Below are positions 24,061 to 31,964 of a stretch of 32,000 bases of DNA, piece by piece. The position numbers were made by a program, and so were the translations under genes. The notes under the pieces are model-generated. The model did not search any database. It saw only the letters and a list, made by a program, of their open reading frames with translations, and was not told the DNA's origin. Source of the stretch: Erysipelotrichaceae bacterium (GTDB taxonomy: Bacteria > Bacillota_I > Bacilli_A > Erysipelotrichales > Erysipelotrichaceae); the NCBI GenBank assembly GCA_963676105.1, contig OY781039.1, positions 270,001-302,000 of the forward strand, in the 5' to 3' direction. Each line of letters starts with the position of its first letter. Position 1 is the stretch's first letter.

Positions 24061-24095
24061 AAATCCACGGCTTGATACCGTGGATTTATTTTGTT
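24061..24095 (+). terminator. Rho-independent terminator
   Basis: 10-bp stem AAATCCACGG (24061..24070) pairs with CCGTGGATTT (24078..24087), followed by a T-rich tail. Confidence 0.85.
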
Positions 24096-24122
24096 TAGAA
24101 GAAAAAAATAAAATATTGTGAA

Positions 24123-24131
24123 TGTTATAAT
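24123..24131 (+). promoter_or_regulatory. Extended -10 element TGtTATAAT for the glycosylation operon
   Basis: TG at 24123..24124 and TATAAT at 24126..24131, 12 nt before ATG 24144. This implies a very short leader. Confidence 0.45.
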
Positions 24132-24143
24132 ATTTGAGAATTT

Positions 24144-25670
24144 ATGAGAGAAAAAATAAAGAACTATAAAACAATATTAATCTTACTTAGCTTATATTTT
24201 TTATTGAGTATAAGTTTCTTAGATACTTTTCCTTTTATGCACTCTGATGAATCTTGGTTGTCTGGTTTAACAAGAGTGATGATACATACAGGTTTAAATT
24301 CAACTGAGACTTTCTTTGATTTAGTTCCTCGTTTTCCACATGCAATAAAATCATTATTTCATTTGATGCAAATGTTGTTTATTACAATGTTTTCTTATGA
24401 TTTATTCTCAGTTCGACTATTGTCGCTTGTATTTGCGATTGCATTTTTATTTGTTTTTTATAAGCTTTTGACGGATGTATTAAACAATAAAGTGTATGCA
24501 GTTGTATCAACTTTTATAATTGCCTTTGATATTCAATTTATTTATGCATCACATTTTGCTCGACAAGAGATTATTATCGGTTTTGGAATGATTCTAAGTC
24601 TTTATTATCTACAACACTTTATTAATAATTGGTCAATCAAGAATGATCTAATTCTAGGCTTAACGATAGGTGTGTTTATTGGTGTGCATCCCAATGCTTT
24701 TTTAATTGCTGTTGTTATGGGGAGTTTGTATCTATATTATCTGTTTGTTGAACAAAAACTTAAATTTAAGAACTTACTATTATTAGTTTTAACGGTCTTA
24801 ATTTTAGCCTTAATTTTTGTAGGAATTAGTTATCACTTTGATTCTCAATTTATAAACCATTATTTAAATTATGGTGATGATTTGGGGGTAAAACTAAGTT
24901 TAATTGAGAAAATAAAAAATATTATTCCTTTTTATCAAAAACTCTATTTAGGAATATCGGCAACCTACTTTACGCCTTGGATTCAATTTCAATTACTCTT
25001 ATTTGCTTTTTCTATTATTATTTCAATCAATTATGCGTATAAAGATAAGAAAATATTGAAATTTACTTTACCAATCGTATTTTTAAATCTTGGCTATATT
25101 TTTATTGGACGTTATTCTCAACCATCAATCTTGTTTATGTTTATATTATCTTATGAACTTGTATTCTATTTAATTTCAAAATTGAAGAAATTCGTTTTGA
25201 TTTTATTATCGATTTTATGTTTATCAACTTTGGGTTCTTCAATATTACAAATAAGTCATAAAATGAATAATGAGTATTCAAACTATATCCAAGAAATACA
25301 AACAATTATTCCGAGTGATGCTAATGTATTGGCTAATTTAAATACTGAGTTTGCTTTTGATTACAATCATTTATTTGATGTTCGTAATTTGGATTATTTA
25401 AGTGTAAATAATCTAAGCTTTGAGGACTATATTTTAAAGAATAATATCGAATATATTGTTTATGCTGAAGAAATGGATTTTATTTATCAAAGCCGTCCAG
25501 TTTGGAATATTGTTTATGGGAATCTTTATCCTTATTATGAAGATATGCAAGAATTTATAAGTAATGATTGCGATTTTGTTTATGAATTTTCATCATCTTA
25601 TGCAATGCGAATAGTTGAGTATACTGACGATAAAGAATGGCTTGTTAAAATATATAGGGTAGTGAAATGA
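24144..25670 (+). CDS. Polytopic GT-C-fold glycosyltransferase (GT39/GT83, ArnT/PMT-like) with a C-terminal extracytoplasmic domain
   Basis: 508-aa ORF with many TM segments. There is an acidic motif HSDESW after TM1 and a ~130-aa soluble C-terminus. The assignment rests on architecture and operon context, not on a search. Confidence 0.5.
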   Translation: MREKIKNYKTILILLSLYFLLSISFLDTFPFMHSDESWLSGLTRVMIHTGLNSTETFFDLVPRFPHAIKSLFHLMQMLFITMFSYDLFSVRLLSLVFAIAFLFVFYKLLTDVLNNKVYAVVSTFIIAFDIQFIYASHFARQEIIIGFGMILSLYYLQHFINNWSIKNDLILGLTIGVFIGVHPNAFLIAVVMGSLYLYYLFVEQKLKFKNLLLLVLTVLILALIFVGISYHFDSQFINHYLNYGDDLGVKLSLIEKIKNIIPFYQKLYLGISATYFTPWIQFQLLLFAFSIIISINYAYKDKKILKFTLPIVFLNLGYIFIGRYSQPSILFMFILSYELVFYLISKLKKFVLILLSILCLSTLGSSILQISHKMNNEYSNYIQEIQTIIPSDANVLANLNTEFAFDYNHLFDVRNLDYLSVNNLSFEDYILKNNIEYIVYAEEMDFIYQSRPVWNIVYGNLYPYYEDMQEFISNDCDFVYEFSSSYAMRIVEYTDDKEWLVKIYRVVK

Positions 25671-26752
25671 TGATAAAGTTTAAAGAAAGTAATTATATCA
25701 AAGAAGATTTAAATATTCTGGAGAATGCTTTGCTGAATGATATGGACTATATCAGCACAGTAAAAGAGAAATTATCTACGGATTATGGGGAACATATCTT
25801 TTTATGCGCTAATGCATCGCTTGCTCTAGATATGCTTTTTTTAGCCTATGATTTTAAAAAAGGATCAGAAGTTATTATTCCTTCTTATACTTACCCTTCT
25901 GCTTTAAATACCATCTTACGCTTTGGTTGTGTACCTGTCTTATGTGATATCGATGAAACAACTTGTGTTATAGATGTTGAACATGCAAAAGCTTTGAAAA
26001 CTGATAAAACGGTTTGCATTATCCCCACTCATTATGGTGGAGTATCCTGTGATATGGATCAGTTAAAAGAAGAGTTTAGCGATATTAAAATTATTGAAGA
26101 TGCAGCTTTGTCTTTTGGCGCAAGCTATAAAGGAAAAGCTTTAGGTTCTTTAGCAGATGCATCCGTATTATCTTTTCACAGAACGAAGAACATCTCATGC
26201 GAAGAGGGTGGAGCGATTGTTTTGAATGATGTTTCAATCATAGACAAAGTACATTTAATTTTTGACAATGGTACAAATCGTGAGGCTTTTATAAAGCATG
26301 AAGTAAAATCGTATTCATGGCAAAAAATTGGATTTAACGCAAAAATGAATAATTTATCTGCAGCTTTACTCAGTACTCAATTAGATAAACTCGAAACAAT
26401 AACGCATAAACAAAGGTCTTTGTTTGATACGTATTATAAAGCATTAAAACCAATTGAGTCTAAAGGCTTTAAATGTCCAACTATTCCTGTTTATAATCAA
26501 AATAATTATCATATCTTTTATCTAGTATTTAAGAACGAAGAATTAAAAAATAAAGTACAAGATCATCTAAATGCACAAGGGATAGAAGCAGTCATTCATT
26601 ATGTTCCTCTTCATCAAAATCTAGATGTTCAATCTTTAGATTATCCAAATACTAATCATGTTGCGAATTGCTTATTACGACTACCTATGCATACAAAAAT
26701 GAGTAAAGAGGATTGTTTGTTTATCGTACAAGAAATTGAGTTGTGTTTATGA
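25667..26752 (+). CDS. DegT/DnrJ/EryC1-family sugar aminotransferase, WecE-like (dTDP-4-amino-4,6-dideoxyhexose type)
   Basis: SFHRTKNISCEEGGAIVLND (PLP Lys), DNGTNRE, NYHIFYL and IHYVPLH parallel E. coli WecE as I recall it. ATGA overlap with the upstream gene. Confidence 0.85.
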   Translation: MMIKFKESNYIKEDLNILENALLNDMDYISTVKEKLSTDYGEHIFLCANASLALDMLFLAYDFKKGSEVIIPSYTYPSALNTILRFGCVPVLCDIDETTCVIDVEHAKALKTDKTVCIIPTHYGGVSCDMDQLKEEFSDIKIIEDAALSFGASYKGKALGSLADASVLSFHRTKNISCEEGGAIVLNDVSIIDKVHLIFDNGTNREAFIKHEVKSYSWQKIGFNAKMNNLSAALLSTQLDKLETITHKQRSLFDTYYKALKPIESKGFKCPTIPVYNQNNYHIFYLVFKNEELKNKVQDHLNAQGIEAVIHYVPLHQNLDVQSLDYPNTNHVANCLLRLPMHTKMSKEDCLFIVQEIELCL

Positions 26753-27459
26753 TTCAAGAGACGATATCGGTTGTCGTTCCAGTGTACAATGCTTCCAAAA
26801 CACTAGAAAAAATCATTGATAAACTTGTTGATGTTCTAAGTAGGTTTAAGGATTATGAAATTATTTTAGTGGATGATTGTAGTATAGATAATAGTTTTCA
26901 ATGTTTAAAAAAATTGAAAAAACAATACTCAAAACTGAAAGTATTGAAACTTAAAGAGAATAGTGGCCAACAGTGCGCAATTTTGTGTGGTTTATCTTAT
27001 TCAACAAAAGATGTCATCTGTATTATTGATGATGATCTGGATCAAAATCCAAGCGATATTTTAAGACTTTATGAGAGCTTAAGTCAGGGATTTGATGTAG
27101 TGTATGGAATAACGGATTATAAAACTGTTAAAAGTTTTGGATCTATAATGAGAGATCTATTATTTAATACCATCACAAACATTCCTAAAGGAATAAAAGT
27201 TTCGGCGTTTCGAATCATGAAAAATGAGATTAAAGAAAAAATTATTCAAGCTGATACTTCTTTTGTTTATATTTCGATGGAAATCCTAAAATATACCCAA
27301 AATATTGGGAATATTAGAGTAGAAACAAATAAAGTAAGTGAAAGTAACTATACTTTCACTAAGCTTTTAAATTTATATAAAAATATTATATTTACTTATG
27401 CATTGCATTTAAATCGTAGTAGCGGTAAATCTTGTTATGAAGTGGAGAATATTATATGA
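26749..27459 (+). CDS. GT2 glycosyltransferase of the polyprenyl-phosphate (ArnC/DPM1/GtrB) type, without C-terminal TM helices
   Basis: VVVPVYNAS, VDDCSIDNS and DDDLDQNPSDI (compare DADLQ(N/H)PP). ATG 26749 gives an ATGA overlap with the upstream stop. The track start 26743 is a GTG. Confidence 0.75.
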   Translation: MIQETISVVVPVYNASKTLEKIIDKLVDVLSRFKDYEIILVDDCSIDNSFQCLKKLKKQYSKLKVLKLKENSGQQCAILCGLSYSTKDVICIIDDDLDQNPSDILRLYESLSQGFDVVYGITDYKTVKSFGSIMRDLLFNTITNIPKGIKVSAFRIMKNEIKEKIIQADTSFVYISMEILKYTQNIGNIRVETNKVSESNYTFTKLLNLYKNIIFTYALHLNRSSGKSCYEVENII

Positions 27460-28727
27460 AGATTATGGTTTTAGGCGGTGGAAACTGCCAAATAAATTTA
27501 ATAAAAAGATTAAAAGATAAAGGCGATGAAATTATCCTAATTGATTATCTGTCTAATTGTTTAGGTAAATCAGTCTGCAATAAACATTATCAAATATCAA
27601 CGTTTGATACGCCAAAAGTTTTAGAAATTGCAAAAACCGAAAAGATCGATGCTATTGTAACTTTAGGAACTGATCAACCGATTTATACGGCGGCTGTCGT
27701 CGCAAAAGAATGCGGTTTACCATTTTACTTAAATCCTGAAGAAGCTTTATCAGTGACCAATAAAAGAGTGATGAAAAAGATGTTTAAAGAGTATTCGATT
27801 CCATCAGCAAATTATGTCCTAATTTCAGAAAGTTTCAAGGACGAAGAAGTAAACAAATTAAAGTTTCCTTGTGTTTTAAAGCCAGTTGATTCACAAGGTC
27901 AAAGAGGAATATATAAACTCAATTCAATCGCTGAAATTCGAGCGGTTATTAAAGATACTTTGAGTTATTCACGTGAAGATAAAGTCTTACTTGAAGAATA
28001 CTATGATAGCGACGAAATAACTGTTAATGGTTGGATAACAAATGGTAAACTAACACTTTTATCAGTGGTGGATCGAGTAACACTACAGGAAAATCAACAT
28101 ATTGGAATTTGTATAGCCCATAATTTTCCATCTCAACATTTGAAGCGTTATTATCAAGATATTGAGAATTTAACTCAAAAAGTTATTCAGAGTTTTAATC
28201 TAACAAATGGACCTGTCTATTTTCAATATTTGATTGGGGAAAAGGGACTTCAAATTAATGAAATTGCGATGCGGATTGGTGGAGCTTATGAAGATATAAC
28301 CTTACCACTTATTACTGGGATAGATGTCTTGGATGTCTTAATTCAATCTATAAAAGGTAATAAAATAGATGCCTCAAAGTTTGATGCTTACCAGCTTAGT
28401 CAAAATCAAGTCTATCTTTCAACGCAAATGTTCTTTTTAAATAAAGGCTGTATCACAAACATTTTTTATGATCAAGATTCATTAAGTAAAGCACGCATCA
28501 GTCATTTAAATATTGCACGTCATATTGGTGATCAAATTAGGGACATCCAAAATGCGACAGCTAGAGCAGGTTACTTTTTAGTACAGGCGAACACAGTTTC
28601 TGAACTTAAGTTAAATATTCAAAGAGCTTATCAGAATGTAAAAATAATGGATGATAAAAAAAGTAATTTAATAAAAAATTACTTTGATTATCAAGATCGT
28701 TATAAATATGCTCCAACCGATTTATAA
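27456..28727 (+). CDS. ATP-grasp carboxylate-amine ligase
   Basis: 423-aa ORF with MVLGGG, VLKPVDSQGQRGI, LLEEYY and NEIAMRIGGA. ATGA overlap with the GT2 gene. Confidence 0.75.
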   Translation: MKIMVLGGGNCQINLIKRLKDKGDEIILIDYLSNCLGKSVCNKHYQISTFDTPKVLEIAKTEKIDAIVTLGTDQPIYTAAVVAKECGLPFYLNPEEALSVTNKRVMKKMFKEYSIPSANYVLISESFKDEEVNKLKFPCVLKPVDSQGQRGIYKLNSIAEIRAVIKDTLSYSREDKVLLEEYYDSDEITVNGWITNGKLTLLSVVDRVTLQENQHIGICIAHNFPSQHLKRYYQDIENLTQKVIQSFNLTNGPVYFQYLIGEKGLQINEIAMRIGGAYEDITLPLITGIDVLDVLIQSIKGNKIDASKFDAYQLSQNQVYLSTQMFFLNKGCITNIFYDQDSLSKARISHLNIARHIGDQIRDIQNATARAGYFLVQANTVSELKLNIQRAYQNVKIMDDKKSNLIKNYFDYQDRYKYAPTDL

Positions 28728-30335
28728 GCCTTCGTTGGTATCACGTTTTAGATAGCCGATATAGGCAAGGACAATTAAAACTACACTAAGACATAATGTT
28801 GTATAAAAGACAGTCATATTAAAAGATTCGACTGGAACACGACTAATCCAATTAAAGATAGCTGTTTGTTCAAGAATTTTAGGTAAATCTAAGATTTCTT
28901 TAAAGTAATACATAAAGAAAGAATAGGTTAAATAGACATAGACAGTATTACGTGCTTTGGGAAGATATGCAATAAAGAGACAAGACAGAGCTAAAAAGAA
29001 AAACATAGCTGGCATAAAATTAAAGCTTGCTTGCATAAAATCGTTTAATGTCATTACAGTCGTGCTATTCATCACAGTTAGCGCTGTTAAACCTAAACTT
29101 AAAGCACTTAATAGAATACTGATTAGAATTGCGAGTGTTGCTAAAGATAAATTAGTGCCAAAAAGCTTAAATCGACTTATTTTATGGGTTGAATAAAGCT
29201 GGCTAAGATGCATTCTTTCTTCTTGAAGATAGAGTTTATTCATGATGTTTATAGGAAGAATTGCTACAGTAACCATGATAAACATAACCATAACGGAGGT
29301 AAAAGATGCTTCTAGCGAACTACCACTATAAAGAAAGAATGATTTTAAAATATCATTACCTTCTAAAAAGGTTTGCATATTACCATAAATAGAACCAAAA
29401 GTTACACCTAAAATAATATAGGTGCTAAACCAGGTGATTATCGATCCTTTATTCAGCCGCCAAAAGATACCAATCACGCTCATCAGTGATTTTTTAGCGT
29501 TTGCACGTCCCTCATAGGCAAAAAGATATCCTGCGCCTAAATCACGTTTAAGTTCTAAAGTAGAAGCGACAAACCATAAAATAATACTTAACAAAACGAG
29601 ATATAGGATGGGTATAAGATCATTGTTTGAAAAGGGATAGGAAAGATAAGTCCATGCGATTGGATTGTAAGAAGTTAAAGCGTGATAAGATACATCACTG
29701 AGTGCACGACCTAGATAAAATAGGCCAATCAAAGCTAAACTCATCCCATTTGCGCCAGCCGCTGTTTCATTGATTTGAGCCATCACTAAAGCAATTAGAG
29801 CACCAAAAACGCCTGCTACCCCGATCGACAGAGATAAAAGAAAAGACCCCCATAAATCAATTGATTCGACTTTGAAACTTATCATCGCAAAAGTATTGAT
29901 TAGAACAAATAAAGTTTGAATGAAAATAGTTTCTAAAATGATCGCAAAAGAATTAGCTAATCTTCCTACTTTAGTGGAACGGATTAACTCGCTTAAACCA
30001 TTTGCTTCATCTTTTCTTGTATGTGATACCACATGTAAGATAGAAATAACCATCGCAATGATAGCCATGAACAACAACATTTCATGCGTAAACATGGCAC
30101 CAATGGTATATTCACTGGCTTGTACTGGTGTAGGACCAACTAAGGCAATCATGGCTGGATTCTGCATGATTTCAAATTCACCAATTAAGGCTTGACCTGC
30201 GCCTAATTTATCAAAGGCTGGGACAAAACCAGCGGTTAATAAAACTAAAGAGATGACCCAAAAAACAATTTTTTTCCAATCTCTTTTGAGATGAATAAGT
30301 AAGAGTAGTGGGAAACGGTAAACTTCTTTAAACAT
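28722..30335 (-). CDS. ABC transporter permease (large ABC-2-like, ~12 TM)
   Basis: 537-aa hydrophobic ORF starting 11 nt downstream of the ATPase gene. GGAGA SD is present. Confidence 0.75.
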   Translation of the reverse strand: MFKEVYRFPLLLLIHLKRDWKKIVFWVISLVLLTAGFVPAFDKLGAGQALIGEFEIMQNPAMIALVGPTPVQASEYTIGAMFTHEMLLFMAIIAMVISILHVVSHTRKDEANGLSELIRSTKVGRLANSFAIILETIFIQTLFVLINTFAMISFKVESIDLWGSFLLSLSIGVAGVFGALIALVMAQINETAAGANGMSLALIGLFYLGRALSDVSYHALTSYNPIAWTYLSYPFSNNDLIPILYLVLLSIILWFVASTLELKRDLGAGYLFAYEGRANAKKSLMSVIGIFWRLNKGSIITWFSTYIILGVTFGSIYGNMQTFLEGNDILKSFFLYSGSSLEASFTSVMVMFIMVTVAILPINIMNKLYLQEERMHLSQLYSTHKISRFKLFGTNLSLATLAILISILLSALSLGLTALTVMNSTTVMTLNDFMQASFNFMPAMFFFLALSCLFIAYLPKARNTVYVYLTYSFFMYYFKEILDLPKILEQTAIFNWISRVPVESFNMTVFYTTLCLSVVLIVLAYIGYLKRDTNEGL

Positions 30336-30346
30336 AGTATTCTCCT

Positions 30347-31225
30347 TTACTCTTCATAATGACGTCTAAATAAATCTTCTAAGGTAGGTGGTGTTAGTTC
30401 GAATTTTTTAACATCCAAACGTGAAACTTTTTTAAGGAGTTCTTTCATTTCGCTGTTGTCGATGTAGAAACTCGCTTTATCATCAGTGAGTGTAAAATCA
30501 TGAACACCTGCTAAACGTTCAATTCTCTCTAACTTATTCGCAATTAAAGTTACCGATGTACGGGTTAAGTGACGAAGTTCATCTAGGGTACCTGTTTCAA
30601 CAATTTTACCTTGGCGAATAATGACAACCCGATCAGCTAAACGTTCTACTTCACTTAAGATATGGGAAGATAATAGTATTGCTTTTCCTTGCGCTTTGAG
30701 TTTATCGACTTCTTCTTGAAAGATTGATTCCATCAGTGGATCAAGTCCAGAGGTGGGTTCATCAAAAATATAGAGATCAGCATCAACACTTAATGCAGAT
30801 ATCAATGCGACTTTTTGGCGGTTTCCTTTGGAATAGGTTTTTGCTTTTTTCTTAGGATCTAAATCAAAACGTTTGATAAGTTCATCTCTTTTTTCGCTAT
30901 TTCCATTGCCGTGGAGTTTCATAAAAATGTCAATGAGTTCACCCCCACTAAATCCTCCCCAGAAATTGACTTCGCCAGGTATATAAGAAATTTTTGTATG
31001 GATGTCTAGGCTATCTATCCAGGTATCTTTACCGAAGATAGTGGCATAACCAGCATCTTTTTTAAGAATTCCTAGTAAGATTCGGATTGTGGTAGATTTA
31101 CCTGCCCCATTAGGACCAATAAAACCTAAAACTTCACCTTCGTTCACAGTAAAACTAACATCATGTAAAGCCTTGAACTTACCAAAACTTTTTTGAAGAT
31201 GTTGAATATCTACAATTATTGACAT
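30347..31225 (-). CDS. ABC transporter ATP-binding protein
   Basis: Walker A GPNGAGKST, signature-like YSKGNRQK, Walker B LYIFDEPTSGLD and H-loop SSHIL. AGGAG SD is present. Confidence 0.9.
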   Translation of the reverse strand: MSIIVDIQHLQKSFGKFKALHDVSFTVNEGEVLGFIGPNGAGKSTTIRILLGILKKDAGYATIFGKDTWIDSLDIHTKISYIPGEVNFWGGFSGGELIDIFMKLHGNGNSEKRDELIKRFDLDPKKKAKTYSKGNRQKVALISALSVDADLYIFDEPTSGLDPLMESIFQEEVDKLKAQGKAILLSSHILSEVERLADRVVIIRQGKIVETGTLDELRHLTRTSVTLIANKLERIERLAGVHDFTLTDDKASFYIDNSEMKELLKKVSRLDVKKFELTPPTLEDLFRRHYEE

Positions 31226-31241
31226 AACGACTCCTTTGATT

Positions 31242-31288
31242 AATAGATTAATCTATTTAATGGTAAAACGCTCTATCTATGATGTCAA
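31242..31288 (-). promoter_or_regulatory. Promoter (TTGACA-17-TACCAT) with a 16-bp perfect palindrome over the predicted start site of the ABC operon
   Basis: On the minus strand, -35 is the complement of 31283..31288 and -10 is the complement of 31260..31265. The palindrome AATAGATTAATCTATT is at 31242..31257, between the -10 box and the SD. Confidence 0.5.
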
Positions 31289-31441
31289 TTTTAACGAGTA
31301 ACTTGAAACATTTATTTCAAATCATTCAAATCATTGTATTTCATTTTTGAATGTGAATTAAAACAATAATCATATTAAAAGGAATTTTAAGACATTTAAC
31401 GTATACTTGAAGCATATCTTTTAGATTTGAATGAGGTGCAT

Positions 31442-31903
31442 ATGGATCATCGTTACTTTGATTACTTATTAGAATTTAATGGAACACGGGATTATTATAA
31501 ATGCCATGATTTTTTAGAGGAGTGGTGGTATGAAATTAATCATCCTAAAGATCATATCTTAGTCGCTTTTATTCAGCTTGCTGTGGGCATGTTTCAATGG
31601 CGCAGAGGAAATATCAATGGCGCAAATAAAATGTTCGAAGGTGCATATTTTATTTTTGAAGCGCATAAAGATGAAATTATTGATTACGGTATTGATGAGG
31701 AAAAACTTTTTGAGATTATTACCCGAGTTCATAAATCAATGCTCTATCATGAAGACTTCTATGATGTCAATCTTCCGCTCATTGATAAAACTATGTTATC
31801 AAAACTTGAAACATTAGCTTCTGATAGGGATTTACGTCTCTATCAAGCTTCCAATTTAGACGATTATCATTTAGTTCATAAACACCTTAAACGGATTAGC
31901 TAG
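31442..31903 (+). CDS. DUF309-like protein
   Basis: YYKCHDFLEEWW resembles the DUF309 core (xxEAHEVLEExW). ATG 31442 follows GAGGTG. The track start 31427 is a TTG. Confidence 0.6.
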   Translation: MDHRYFDYLLEFNGTRDYYKCHDFLEEWWYEINHPKDHILVAFIQLAVGMFQWRRGNINGANKMFEGAYFIFEAHKDEIIDYGIDEEKLFEIITRVHKSMLYHEDFYDVNLPLIDKTMLSKLETLASDRDLRLYQASNLDDYHLVHKHLKRIS

Positions 31904-31926
31904 ACTAGTTTAAGGTGTTTTTTTCA
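31880..31926 (+). terminator. Rho-independent terminator overlapping the CDS end
   Basis: 13-bp stem AAACACCTTAAAC (31880..31892) pairs with GTTTAAGGTGTTT (31908..31920), followed by a T-run. Confidence 0.8.
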
Positions 31927-31964
31927 AGTATACTAAGAACATATTGTTTATAGGAGGTTTAAAA

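Noticed and set aside
28957-30195. ORFs 28957-29196 and 29920-30195 on the plus strand
   Set aside because: Both are antisense to the ABC permease gene and are shadow ORFs.
31578-31817. 79-aa ORF
   Set aside because: It is out of frame inside the DUF309 gene.
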